Source: a virus
IMG/VR virus record: IMGVR_UViG_3300046727_000675
Span: 1-64,000 of that record
Direction: 5' to 3' (one strand)
DNA: 64,000 nt
Shown here: piece by piece, positions 16,489 through 26,278 of the stretch
How the letters are laid out: the number at the start of each line of letters is the position of its first letter
How positions within the stretch are numbered: the stretch's first letter is position 1
Position numbers and translations under genes: made by a program
Notes under the pieces: generated by a model
Databases searched by the model: none
What the model was told of the DNA's origin: nothing
The model's input: the letters and a program-made list of their open reading frames with translations, nothing else

Positions 16489-18150
16489 ATGAAGATTCCA
16501 CAGGAGCTATACGCCTACGCCACGCTCGAGAGCCGCGGGCAGATCGCGAAGGCGCTGCAGGACAAGGGGGTCGAGAGCCTCGTCAAGGCGGCTCGCGCCA
16601 TCCCGCCGAAGGAGTGGTCGCTGGACCATCCACTCGTCAAGAAGGCGGGCCGCACCCTCGTCAAGGCCGGCGTCACCACGTCGCTCGGCTTCAACTTCTT
16701 CGACCTGCGCGGCCCCGCGCTGATGATCTTCCCGCTGCTCACCCCGTTCATCCAGATGATCGGGCGGCAGGGCAAGGTCAACGCGGGCGTCGGCACGGCG
16801 GCGCACTGGAAGGCCACGCGCAACCCGAACTCGAACTACACCTACGCCGGCGTCCAGGAAGGGCAGCGCAACGCGACGGCGACCCCGGACGAGATCGACT
16901 ACCTGGCGACGTACAAGGAGCTCGGCATGGAGGGCGGCGAGACCTTCACCGCGCAGTACGCGGGCGAGGGGTACACCGACAACCTGGCCGACGAGCACTT
17001 CCGCAACCTGGCGCGCCTCCGGCTCCAGGAGGAGATGATCACCCTCTGGGGCAACTCCGGCGTCGCCACCGGCAACAACGGCTTCGCCCTCGGGCAGGCC
17101 ACCACACCGACGCTCACGCTCGGCGCGGGCACGAGCCCGTTCGGGAACGCCGCCAACGTGTACGTCGCGGTGGTCGCGATCACCGGCATGGGCGTCAACC
17201 CCGGCGGGCAGGCCGGCTACGCCGCGCCGCCGACGGTCGCGGGCGGGCTCACCACGAGCTACACCCGCACGAACGCCGACGGCACGACCATGAACGTCAG
17301 CGCCGGCGTCAGCGCGATCTCGAACGTCTCGGCCGCGCAGCTCACGAACACGACCGCGCAGCAGGTGAACGCGTCGATCCCCGCGATGAAGGGCGCCGTG
17401 GCCTACGCGTGGTACGTCGGCGTCAACGCCAACTCCACGATCGGGACCCTGAAGCTGGTCGCGATCACCGCGTGGCCGTCGGTCACGCTGAAGACGCTGC
17501 CGGCGGTGGGGGCGCAGGCCGGGAACGCGGCGGGCCTCTCCGTCGACAACTCGTTCCAGCCCACGGACTTCGACGGGCTCGGCTCGTACTCCTTCACCAA
17601 GGGGAACTGGACGGACATGAACGGCGGCTCGTTCACCCCGCAGGGCAACGGCCAGGTGGCGGAGATCGAGTCCGACCTCGCCTTCCTCTGGGACAACTAC
17701 CAGGCGCAGCCGGACGCGATCTGGTGCTCGGCGGACGTGCGCGCCGCGCTCGAGTCGGCGATCATCTTCTCGTCGACCGGGCAGAACTCGTTCATCTTCC
17801 AGTACGACCGGGCGACGCAGGACTCCGGCCTGCTGGGCGGGTTCATCGTCAGCGCCTACAAGTCGAAGTACTCGATCAGCCCGACGGGCGGCGTGGCGAT
17901 CCCCATCCGGATCCACCCGATGTTCCCGGCCGGCACGCTCGTGTACGACATCAACACGAACCCCTACCCGCACTCCAAGGTCCCGGCGGTGCGGCAGTTC
18001 CTCATGCAGCGCGACTACTACTCGATCGAGTGGCCGATCGTCACGCGCATGTGGACGTTCGGCACGTACGTCCACGAGGTGCTCGCGCACTACATGCCGT
18101 GGATCACGGCGATCCGGACCGGCGTCGGCCCGTTCGTCAAGCCGGCCTAA
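16489..18150 (+). CDS. Major capsid protein with a Thr/Gly/Ala-rich insertion domain
   Basis: Synteny, highly biased codons, HK97-fold-like segments ('EEMITLWGN', 'DFDGL', 'IPIRIHPMFPAGT'). Confidence 0.85.
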   Translation: MKIPQELYAYATLESRGQIAKALQDKGVESLVKAARAIPPKEWSLDHPLVKKAGRTLVKAGVTTSLGFNFFDLRGPALMIFPLLTPFIQMIGRQGKVNAGVGTAAHWKATRNPNSNYTYAGVQEGQRNATATPDEIDYLATYKELGMEGGETFTAQYAGEGYTDNLADEHFRNLARLRLQEEMITLWGNSGVATGNNGFALGQATTPTLTLGAGTSPFGNAANVYVAVVAITGMGVNPGGQAGYAAPPTVAGGLTTSYTRTNADGTTMNVSAGVSAISNVSAAQLTNTTAQQVNASIPAMKGAVAYAWYVGVNANSTIGTLKLVAITAWPSVTLKTLPAVGAQAGNAAGLSVDNSFQPTDFDGLGSYSFTKGNWTDMNGGSFTPQGNGQVAEIESDLAFLWDNYQAQPDAIWCSADVRAALESAIIFSSTGQNSFIFQYDRATQDSGLLGGFIVSAYKSKYSISPTGGVAIPIRIHPMFPAGTLVYDINTNPYPHSKVPAVRQFLMQRDYYSIEWPIVTRMWTFGTYVHEVLAHYMPWITAIRTGVGPFVKPA

Positions 18151-18265
18151 CCCGTTCCGCCGCCTAGCGCGGCGCTCACGTGCGGTGAAGGGGGCTGCGC
18201 ATCCTGAAAAACGCAGATAATTTTTCGATGGCCGCGGCAGGAGCGTCCGGCCGGAAAGAGGAAAG

Positions 18266-19519
18266 ATGAAGATCGCGGTGATGTACCCGAAGAACCCGTT
18301 CGCGAGCTGGTACACGCTTGGGGGCTACCGGAAGACGCTCGAGGCGATGGGCCACGAGGTCGTGGCCGTCGAGTTCCCCGGGAACAACGTCGCGGACGTC
18401 GAGCGGCTGCAGAAGCTCGCGCCGACGGCGGAGGAGCTGGGCGCCTGCGACCTGGTGCTGTCGACGTTCCACGAGTACGTCGTGCCCTGGCTGATGCCGG
18501 TCTACGGCCGCGAGGCCTGGGACCGGGTGATGGAGAAGGTCCCGGTGGTCGCGCGCTTCGACGAGTCGATGGACCGCCACGACCTGGGGCTGAACCCCGC
18601 GCGCGTCGAGGAGCTGAAGGCCTGGGCGCACGCGTGGAGCTTTCCCGCGGCGCAGGACGCGAAGCGGTACGGCGGCGCCTGGCACCCGTTCGGCGCCGAC
18701 ACGGAGATGTTCAGGCCCTACTGCCGGTGCGCGGAGCCGAAGGTGCTGGTGTCGCGCGATCGCGGCGCGTGGTGCGAGGCCTGCGGAAATTCGCTGAACT
18801 TCAAAAACGGAAAGAACCAGTCCGGGAAGTACCGCATCGGCTTCGTCGGGTCGTTCTACGAGATGCGCGCGAAGTACCTGCGCGCGCTCGCGCCGCTGCT
18901 GCCCGACGACCTGACGTTCCACGCGGGTCCGTGCTTCGTGCAGGACCTGGACGGGGTCGCGGCCGAGGCGTCGACGTTCCTCCTGGCCGAGAACTACGCG
19001 AAGCTGAAGATCTTCTTCTGCCTGCCGCCGATGAGCCGCCTGCTGGTCGCGAAGGTGTTCGAGGTGATGGCGACGGGCACGTTCCTCATGTACCCGCGCC
19101 TGCCCGGCGACGCCGGCGAGAACCTGGAGATCTTCCAGGACGGGGTGCACCTCGCGTACTACGAGCCGGGGAACCTGAAGAGGAACGCGGCGCAGATCAG
19201 GAGCTGGCTCGAGCAGGACGCGGCGCGCGAGGCGATCGCGAAAGCCGGCGGCGAGCTGGTCAGGTCGCGCAACACGCTGCGCGGGATGCTCGAGTGCCTG
19301 GTCGGCATGGCGGGCAAGAAGACCGAGAAGTACGACGCGGACGTGCCCTACCGGTTCGAGAACAAGCCCGCCGCGAAGAGCTCGTCGAGTGTGCGGATCT
19401 TCGTGCCGCCGACGTCGATTGAGCGCGGGCGAAAGAAGACGATGACGGACGCGGAGACGAAAGAGTCGCCGGCCGAGAGATATGACGCCATGCACCTGAT
19501 CGGCGGAGGCGAAAAGTGA
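18266..19519 (+). CDS. Glycosyltransferase, GT-B (CgeB/Glyco_trans_1_2-like)
   Basis: 'IGFVGSFYEMR', 'KVFEVMATGTFLM', 'FQDGVHLAYY', 'REAIAKAG'. Confidence 0.8.
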   Translation: MKIAVMYPKNPFASWYTLGGYRKTLEAMGHEVVAVEFPGNNVADVERLQKLAPTAEELGACDLVLSTFHEYVVPWLMPVYGREAWDRVMEKVPVVARFDESMDRHDLGLNPARVEELKAWAHAWSFPAAQDAKRYGGAWHPFGADTEMFRPYCRCAEPKVLVSRDRGAWCEACGNSLNFKNGKNQSGKYRIGFVGSFYEMRAKYLRALAPLLPDDLTFHAGPCFVQDLDGVAAEASTFLLAENYAKLKIFFCLPPMSRLLVAKVFEVMATGTFLMYPRLPGDAGENLEIFQDGVHLAYYEPGNLKRNAAQIRSWLEQDAAREAIAKAGGELVRSRNTLRGMLECLVGMAGKKTEKYDADVPYRFENKPAAKSSSSVRIFVPPTSIERGRKKTMTDAETKESPAERYDAMHLIGGGEK

Positions 19520-20289
19520 GGCCGCGCGTCTACCGGTTCCCGGACACGCGAAACTGGGGCGACGTGTTCACGTCGTTCCTGCTGCGCGAGTGGCTGGGGC
19601 TGGACTTCGACGAGACGGAGAACGCGTCGGACGCCGACGTGTTCGCCTGCGGGTCGCTGGTCGAGCGGGTCCCCGACGGGTTCACGGGCCACGTGCTGGG
19701 CTGCGGCGCGGGATATGCGTCGACGCGCCGGAACCTGCAGAACATTCAGGGGCCGGGTCTGCTGCGCGGCGCGCTCACCGCAAAGCGGTGTGGATACAAC
19801 TTCATCCGCCTCGGTGACCCCGGGCTCTTGGCGTCGCGGTTTGCCACGCCGGGGCTGAAGAGGTCCTACGGGCTCGGGGTCATCCCCCACACCGTGGACA
19901 AGAACAACGGGGAGCTCGCCTACTTCGCGGACGCGCTGGGGGCGCTGCTCATCGACATCGAGGCGGGCGTGCGCGAGGTGATCGACGCGATCGCGCAGTG
20001 CCAGCGCGTCGTGTCGTCGTCGCTCCACGGGCTCGTGATCGCCGACTCGCTGGGCGTGCCGTCCGCGTGGTGGCAGCCGCAGCCGTCGAAGCTGCTGGGC
20101 GACGGGTTCAAGTTCTACGACTACTACTCGGCGTACGGCGAGCTGGCGAGCCCGTCGCGGACGATCGAAGACGCGGTCTGCCAGACGCGCGACGTCGAGA
20201 AGAACCGGCACGACGTCTCGGAGGTATTCCAGGAGTTTGCCTACGTCATGGCGAACGGCCCCCTGGCCAAAACGGAGGCGACGGTGTGA
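19516..20289 (+). CDS. Polysaccharide pyruvyl transferase (ExoV-like)
   Basis: 'NWGD', 'RGALT', 'LGDPGLL', 'GVIPH', 'SSSLHGLVIADSLGVP', 'FKFYDYY'. Confidence 0.85.
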   Translation: MRPRVYRFPDTRNWGDVFTSFLLREWLGLDFDETENASDADVFACGSLVERVPDGFTGHVLGCGAGYASTRRNLQNIQGPGLLRGALTAKRCGYNFIRLGDPGLLASRFATPGLKRSYGLGVIPHTVDKNNGELAYFADALGALLIDIEAGVREVIDAIAQCQRVVSSSLHGLVIADSLGVPSAWWQPQPSKLLGDGFKFYDYYSAYGELASPSRTIEDAVCQTRDVEKNRHDVSEVFQEFAYVMANGPLAKTEATV

Positions 20290-20873
20290 ACAAGATCGCG
20301 CTCACCTTCGACGATGGCCCGAACGCGCGGCACACGGACGAGCTGCTGGCGGTGCTCGCGCGGCACGGGGTCAAGGCGACGTTCTTCATGATCGGGAAGT
20401 TCGCGGCGCAGCTGCCCGAGGTCGCGAGGCGCGTGGCGATCGCGGGGCACGCGATCGGGAACCATACGATGAACCATGCGCGGCTGACGGAGCTGGCGGA
20501 GGAAGACATCGCGCGAGAGATCTCCGACTGCGACGGCGAACTTGGGAAGATTGTCGGAGAACACTCGCTTTTGTTCCGCGCGCCGTTCATGCTCTCGAAC
20601 GCTGTCGTGGAGAAGATCGTCGAAGACTACGGTTTGACCCCGGTCGGGTACGATGCGGCCGGCGGCGACGGCGCGCCGCGCACCGCGGACGAGATCTTCG
20701 CGAAGGTCGTCAACGAGCTAGGCGACGGGGGCGGGACCGTGCTGCTGCATGACGGCTGCCACCACGACGTGAATGCCGACCGGTCGTCGACCATCGAGGC
20801 CGTGGACCGGCTGATCGCGCGCCGGAAGTGGAAAGACGGATTCGAGTTCGCGCTTCCGCAGGAGCTAACCTGA
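20286..20873 (+). CDS. Polysaccharide deacetylase (CE4/NodB)
   Basis: 'ALTFDDGP', 'ATFF', 'GNHTMNH', 'FRAPF', 'VLLHD'. Confidence 0.92.
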   Translation: MNKIALTFDDGPNARHTDELLAVLARHGVKATFFMIGKFAAQLPEVARRVAIAGHAIGNHTMNHARLTELAEEDIAREISDCDGELGKIVGEHSLLFRAPFMLSNAVVEKIVEDYGLTPVGYDAAGGDGAPRTADEIFAKVVNELGDGGGTVLLHDGCHHDVNADRSSTIEAVDRLIARRKWKDGFEFALPQELT

Positions 20874-21595
20874 TGGCGAAGGAGCTCGAGGTGAAAAGCT
20901 TAACGCCGGCGATGCGCGAGCGCTGCGAGCGGACGATCGGGTCGAACCCGTTCTTCCTGCTCGTCGCCGACGCGCTCGCGAGCGGGACCGCGCTGTCGGT
21001 CGTCCGCATGGGCGACGGCGAAAAGCGGCTGTTCGAGCACTGCGCGAGCCACGGCGGCGAGGTCGTCCCGCCCAACTCGCCGTTCGACCGCGCCTGGCTG
21101 CGACAGATGGGGTGCCTCGGCATCCCGTGCGGCGAGCTGTACGTCCGGCTGAAGCGCGCCGCGGAGGAGTGCACGTACTTCGCTCCGCAGCTGATGGGGG
21201 CGCAGCGCCCGGAGTTCGACGTCGCGGCGACGTTCAGGCCGCGCGACCGGTACGTGGACAACTGGTTCGTGCGCGAATGGGAGACGAAGCTGCAGGACGC
21301 GCTGCTGCGCGCGGCGAAGAAGGTCTGTTTCATCCACGGGGACGAGGCCGTGATTGGGAAGTTTCGAAAGAGGTTCATCGGCTCCGCGCCGAACGGGCTG
21401 CTCGCGGTCCACCAGCTGTGCTGCTGGAAGGAGTCGGACGAGGTGGTCGAACGCGTGAAGAACGACGACGCGCCGCTGGTGCTATACGCCGGCGGTCCCG
21501 CGGGCAAGTTCATCGGCCCCGCGATCGCGTCCGGCGGCGGGCGGCCGAAGGTCGTGATTGACCTTGGGCAGGCCGCGGCGAAGGAGTGGCTGTGA
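20873..21595 (+). CDS. GT-D-fold-like glycosyltransferase domain protein
   Basis: 'SVVRMGDGE' and C-terminal 'GPAGK...VIDLG'. Confidence 0.6.
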   Translation: MAKELEVKSLTPAMRERCERTIGSNPFFLLVADALASGTALSVVRMGDGEKRLFEHCASHGGEVVPPNSPFDRAWLRQMGCLGIPCGELYVRLKRAAEECTYFAPQLMGAQRPEFDVAATFRPRDRYVDNWFVREWETKLQDALLRAAKKVCFIHGDEAVIGKFRKRFIGSAPNGLLAVHQLCCWKESDEVVERVKNDDAPLVLYAGGPAGKFIGPAIASGGGRPKVVIDLGQAAAKEWL

Positions 21596-23025
21596 TCTCG
21601 GTCCTGTGCCCGACTCGGGGAAGACCGAGGATGGCGGCGGATATGATCGCAAGCGCCTGCGCGACGTCGCGCGGAATGGGCCACATCGAATTTTTGCTCT
21701 ACGTTGATAATGATGATCCGTCGCTCGACGAATACCGAAAGATTCACGCGGTTCACACGCGTGGAGAAGACAGCAGTAGGGACCTGGTGACTTTGATCGT
21801 CGGCCCGCGGATGACGAAGATGACCGAGTATTGGAACATCTTGGCGCGCGCCGCGAAGGGCGATATTTTTCTGCAGGCCAACGACGACATCGCCTTCAGA
21901 ACCACGGACTGGGACAAGATGGTGCAGGACGCGTTCGACGCGTCGCCCGACAAGATCCTGCTCGCGCACGGCGACGACCTCGGCTGCGGCGGCGCCCGCG
22001 CCGGCGCGCACTGCTTCGTCCACAAAAAGTGGGTCGACGCGGTCGGGTACTTCATCGCGCCGCACTTCTCGTCCGACTACGGCGACACGTGGCTCAACGA
22101 CGTGGCGAACGAGCTCGGCCGGCGCGTGGTCCTGCCGGTCGTCATCGAGCACCTGCACGTGATCTACCGCAAGATGGAGCCCGACGCGACGTACCGGGAG
22201 CGCCTCGCGCGGCATGCGAAGGACGACGTGGACCAGCTCTACAAGGACCTGACGCCGCGCCGCGCGCTCGACGTCGCGAAGCTTCGCTCCGCAATCGCGG
22301 GCCGGCCGCTGTGGACGATCATGGTGCTCACGCAGCCGAGCCGGGAGGAGTACCTGAAGCGGCTCAAGACGCGCCTGCTTCCGCAGCTTGGAGGCGCGCC
22401 GGTCGACCTGCTGATCGAGCCGTGTGACACGCGCCTGACGGTCGGCGCGAACCGCCGGCGCATGACCGAGAAGGCCGCGGGGGAGTATGTCAGCTTCATT
22501 GACGATGATGATCTGGTCGCGGAGGACTACGTCGCGCGGGTCCTGCCGCTGCTCGACGGGGTCGACTACGTCGGCTTCCGGGTGCAGACGTTCGTCGACG
22601 ACCACGCGATCGAGCCGACGCACCACGCGCTTAAGTACGGCGGGGTCGGCTACGACGAGCGGATGAAGCGGAACTACCGTGACATCTCGCATCTGAACCC
22701 CGTGCGCCGCGAGCTCGCGCTCAGGGGCGTGATGGACGGCGGGGTCGGCGAGGACAGCCGCTGGGCCGACAGCCTGCGCGAGCAGGGGCTTTTGAAGACC
22801 GAGCACGTGGTCGACGAGAACGAGGTCATGTACTTCTACTACGCGCGCAGCCGCAAGGACGACGCGGACTACAAGTTTGTGACGATGCCGCCGGAGACGG
22901 TCGCCACCAAGTTCGACGGCATCGGCTTTGCCCGGGAGACGAAGACGTGCCCGCACTGCGGGTCGGGCGCGACGGCGCCCGGGAACGGCGCCATGATCTG
23001 CAATCAGTGCGGGAAGGGGTTCTGA
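21586..23025 (+). CDS. Two-domain GT2 glycosyltransferase with C-terminal Zn ribbon
   Basis: 'ISVLCPTRGRP', 'ANDD', 'YGDTWL'; second domain 'GEYVSFIDDDD', 'GEDSRW'; CPHC..CNQC. Confidence 0.85.
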   Translation: MAVISVLCPTRGRPRMAADMIASACATSRGMGHIEFLLYVDNDDPSLDEYRKIHAVHTRGEDSSRDLVTLIVGPRMTKMTEYWNILARAAKGDIFLQANDDIAFRTTDWDKMVQDAFDASPDKILLAHGDDLGCGGARAGAHCFVHKKWVDAVGYFIAPHFSSDYGDTWLNDVANELGRRVVLPVVIEHLHVIYRKMEPDATYRERLARHAKDDVDQLYKDLTPRRALDVAKLRSAIAGRPLWTIMVLTQPSREEYLKRLKTRLLPQLGGAPVDLLIEPCDTRLTVGANRRRMTEKAAGEYVSFIDDDDLVAEDYVARVLPLLDGVDYVGFRVQTFVDDHAIEPTHHALKYGGVGYDERMKRNYRDISHLNPVRRELALRGVMDGGVGEDSRWADSLREQGLLKTEHVVDENEVMYFYYARSRKDDADYKFVTMPPETVATKFDGIGFARETKTCPHCGSGATAPGNGAMICNQCGKGF

Positions 23026-23831
23026 TGGGAATACTGACGACCGCGTCGCGTAACTACTGGGACCGGCGCCCGTGCAACGTGGGGCACAGCCCGGCCGAGG
23101 TCGGCTCGATGGCCTGGTCGCGCGAGGTGACGTCGCGGAAGTACACGGTCGAGCCGCACATCCGGCGCTTCGCGGACTTCGACCGGTGGCGCGGGAAGGA
23201 CGTGCTTGAGGTCGGGTGCGGCATCGGCACCGACACGCTGGAGTTCCTGCGCGCCGGCGCGCGAGTCGACGCGATGGACCTGTCGCAGGCATCGATCGAC
23301 CTGGCGAAGAAGCGCTGCCGGGACTTCGGGGAACGCGTCAAGTTTATCTGCGACGACGCCCAGAACTGGGTGCCGTGGCTGAACAACCCGCACTACGACC
23401 TGGCGTACTCGTTCGGGGTTATTCACCACGTGGAACACCCGAAGACGGTTCTCGAGGCGATGCGCTCGGCGCTGAAGCCTGGCGGCGAACTGCGAGTCAT
23501 GCTCTACGCGCGGCGCAGCCTGAAGTTCCTGCTCGGCGAGCGGCCGGAGGCGCAGGCCGGGTGCCCGATCGTGAACTGGTACTCGGAGCGCGAGGCGCGG
23601 CGCCTGGTCGAGTCCGCGGGCTTCGAGATCATGAGCGTCGAGAAGACGCACATCTTCCCGTGGCGCGTCAAGGACTACGTGAACCACAGGTACGTAATGA
23701 GGTGGCCGTACCGGCTGATGAGCGAGGGGCTCTTCCGCTGGCTCGAGCGGCGCGCGGGGCACCACCTGCTGGTCATCGCGCGCAAGAAGATGGAGATCAA
23801 GTTCAAGGACTCGATCGAGGTGAACTATTGA
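23025..23831 (+). CDS. Class I SAM-dependent methyltransferase
   Basis: 'VLEVGCGIG', 'YDLAYSFGVIHH', 'LKPGG'. Confidence 0.9.
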   Translation: MGILTTASRNYWDRRPCNVGHSPAEVGSMAWSREVTSRKYTVEPHIRRFADFDRWRGKDVLEVGCGIGTDTLEFLRAGARVDAMDLSQASIDLAKKRCRDFGERVKFICDDAQNWVPWLNNPHYDLAYSFGVIHHVEHPKTVLEAMRSALKPGGELRVMLYARRSLKFLLGERPEAQAGCPIVNWYSEREARRLVESAGFEIMSVEKTHIFPWRVKDYVNHRYVMRWPYRLMSEGLFRWLERRAGHHLLVIARKKMEIKFKDSIEVNY

Positions 23832-24172
23832 GGCTGACGGAGCTCGAGCCGAAGTTCCTGAAGGTCACCGTGCCGAACAAGGAGTACGCCTACGTCGAGA
23901 CCATCGCGGAGGCGGACGGGGTAGACTTCCTCTGCCCCGAGTGCTTCCGCAGGCGCGGCGAGGCCCGCGGCGTCCATGGGGTCATCTGCTGGCGGCCGGC
24001 GGTGCCGTTGACGGAGAACATCGGCCCGGGGCGGTGGGAGCTGACGGGAAACAACTTTGAGGACCTGACGCTGGTCGCCGGGTCGAGTTCGGTGAAGCTG
24101 ACGGGCGGCTGCAACGCGCACTTTCTAATCGCGAATGGGGAGATCCAGTTCTGTGACGACTCAGGAAAATAG
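23828..24172 (+). CDS. Small Cys/His protein (DUF6527-like)
   Basis: 'FLCPEC...H', 'W...G...DLTL', 'CNAHFLIANGEI'. Confidence 0.6.
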   Translation: MRLTELEPKFLKVTVPNKEYAYVETIAEADGVDFLCPECFRRRGEARGVHGVICWRPAVPLTENIGPGRWELTGNNFEDLTLVAGSSSVKLTGGCNAHFLIANGEIQFCDDSGK

Positions 24173-25433
24173 CTTCGGGCGGGGGATCGCGGTCTGCGGG
24201 CTCGGCCGCCTGGGCGCGCCGGTGGCGGCGGCGTTCGCCGCGTCGGACGTGCCGGTGATCGGGCTCGACGTGGACGAGGCGAAGGTCCGCCACGTCAACG
24301 AGCGGCGCGCGCCGACGGTCGAGCCGGACCTGCAGGCCTACCTGGACCTGTTCCAGGTTCGCAACAACCTACGGGCGACCGCGGACCCGGCGATGGCCGT
24401 GGCGTCGTCGGACGCCTGCATCTTCGTGACGCCGACTCCGTCGCTTGACGACGGGAACTTCAACCACGACCTTCTGCTCGCGGCGGTCGAGTCGATCGCG
24501 CAGCAGGTGCGGAACCAGAAGCGCCGCAACTATCTGTTCATCGTCAGCTCCACCGTGGCCCCGAAGACGATGCAGAAGCGCGTGCGCCCCGTGATCGAGC
24601 GCCACCTCGGACGCGTCCCGTTCCTCCTGGCCTACAAGCCGGAGTTCATCGCGCTCGGGACGGTGCTGCGCGACCTGCACTACGCCGACGTGATGCTGAT
24701 CGGCGAGGACTCGGAGGAGGCGGGCGACCGGGTCGAGGGGCTCTACCGGCTGATGGCGCTCGGCCCCGTGAACGTGCGGCGCATGAGCCTGGTCGAGGCC
24801 GAGCTGGCGAAGATCAGCCTCAACTGCGCGGTCACGATGAAGATCAGCTTCGCGAACCAGGTCGGGCTCGTCGCGCGGCGGCTCGGCGCGGATCCACACC
24901 GGGTGCTCGCCGCCGTGGCCTGCGACAAGCGGATCGGACCCGGCGCGCTGCGCGCGGGGCTGCCGTACGGCGGACCGTGCTTTCCGCGCGACAACCGGAT
25001 GTTCCGCTTCGTCGCGGCGACCTACGGGGTGCAGGTTCCGCTCGCGATCGCGACGGACGTGGTGAACAAGATGGTGCTCGATGACATCCTGGAGAATCTG
25101 CTCGGGCGCGGCGGCGCCATCGGCATCCTCGGCCTGGCCTACAAGCCGGGCACGCCGGTGCTCGACGAGTCGCCGGGGCGGTGGTGGCTGCGCGCGCTGA
25201 CGCAGAAACACCGGACGGCGCGCGCGCACGACCCCGTGGCGCCCCACCCGCACTCGCTCGAGGACGTGCTGAGCTGCCAGACGGTGGTGGTGGCCACGGC
25301 CTGGCCGGAGTACGAGTCCCTGACTCTGCTGGCCGACGCGGTCCTGATCGACCCGTTCGGCGCCGTGAAGGAAGTGAGACGGCACGCGCGGGCACGAGTC
25401 GCGCCGCAGCCGGTGATGGAGATGGCGGAATGA
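24153..25433 (+). CDS. UDP-glucose/GDP-mannose dehydrogenase family protein
   Basis: Rossmann 'GLGRLG', 'TPTP', 'SSTV', 'PEF', 'AELAK', catalytic 'YGGPCFPRD', 'LGLAYKPGT'. Confidence 0.92.
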   Translation: MTTQENSFGRGIAVCGLGRLGAPVAAAFAASDVPVIGLDVDEAKVRHVNERRAPTVEPDLQAYLDLFQVRNNLRATADPAMAVASSDACIFVTPTPSLDDGNFNHDLLLAAVESIAQQVRNQKRRNYLFIVSSTVAPKTMQKRVRPVIERHLGRVPFLLAYKPEFIALGTVLRDLHYADVMLIGEDSEEAGDRVEGLYRLMALGPVNVRRMSLVEAELAKISLNCAVTMKISFANQVGLVARRLGADPHRVLAAVACDKRIGPGALRAGLPYGGPCFPRDNRMFRFVAATYGVQVPLAIATDVVNKMVLDDILENLLGRGGAIGILGLAYKPGTPVLDESPGRWWLRALTQKHRTARAHDPVAPHPHSLEDVLSCQTVVVATAWPEYESLTLLADAVLIDPFGAVKEVRRHARARVAPQPVMEMAE

Positions 25434-26212
25434 GCATCAAGGGAAAGAGCCTGCACCTGCTGACGCCCATGTATGGCGGGGTCAACACGGTGAACTATTT
25501 CGACGCGTTCCAGAAGCTGGTGATCGCGGTGCAGAAGTACGGCATCCCGTTCTGGTACTCGAACATCTGGAACGAGTCGCTGGTCACCCGCGCGCGGAAC
25601 AAGCTCGCCGACACGTACCTGAAGGAGGGCGAGGCGACGCACGCCGTGTACATCGACGCGGACATCGGGTTCGACGCGGACGAGCTGCTGTCGATGCTCG
25701 AGCGCGAGGACGAGGACATCATCGTCGCGCCGTGCTCGAAGAAGAGCGTGCGCTGGGACCGGGTGCAGCGCATGATCCGGAAGAACCCGGGGCGCGAGTA
25801 CACGGGCGAGGAGCTCCGCCGCGCCGGCGGCGACCTGGTCTTCAACTTCGAGGCGTTCGAGGGAGAGCGCACCTGGGACCTGCAGAAGATGTGGGACCTT
25901 CGCAACGGCGGCACGGGCATCATGATGATCCGCCGAGGAGTGTTCGAGAAGTTTAAGCAGGAGTACCCCGACCGGTGGTACGAGCCGCGGTCGGACGACA
26001 CGGTGCTCCCGGGGCCGATCCACGACTTCTTCCGCGCGGGCATCAACCCGGACACGCGCGAGTACGACTCGGAGGACTACTGCTTCTGCATCGACTGCAA
26101 GCGGATCGGCTTCAGCGTCCGTCTGTGCCCGTGGGTGCGGACGACGCACATGGGGTCGAACCTGTTCTACGGCGACCTGCCGGCGGTCTCGAAGCTGGCG
26201 GGGGAGCTGTGA
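25430..26212 (+). CDS. GT-A fold glycosyltransferase-like protein
   Basis: 'TPMYGG', 'NESLVTRARN', 'IDADI', 'GTGIMMIRR', 'SEDYCFC'. Confidence 0.75.
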   Translation: MSIKGKSLHLLTPMYGGVNTVNYFDAFQKLVIAVQKYGIPFWYSNIWNESLVTRARNKLADTYLKEGEATHAVYIDADIGFDADELLSMLEREDEDIIVAPCSKKSVRWDRVQRMIRKNPGREYTGEELRRAGGDLVFNFEAFEGERTWDLQKMWDLRNGGTGIMMIRRGVFEKFKQEYPDRWYEPRSDDTVLPGPIHDFFRAGINPDTREYDSEDYCFCIDCKRIGFSVRLCPWVRTTHMGSNLFYGDLPAVSKLAGEL

Positions 26213-26278
26213 TGAGCTCGCAGAATTTTTCGCGGCACGAGCGCGGAGTTTAGGAAGATTGACCCAGGAGGAACGACC

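Noticed and set aside
18266-26212. Host capsule/LPS locus misassembled into the phage
   Set aside because: Same strand and codon style as the flanking phage genes, tight translational coupling, no export genes, and a Zn ribbon shared with TerL.
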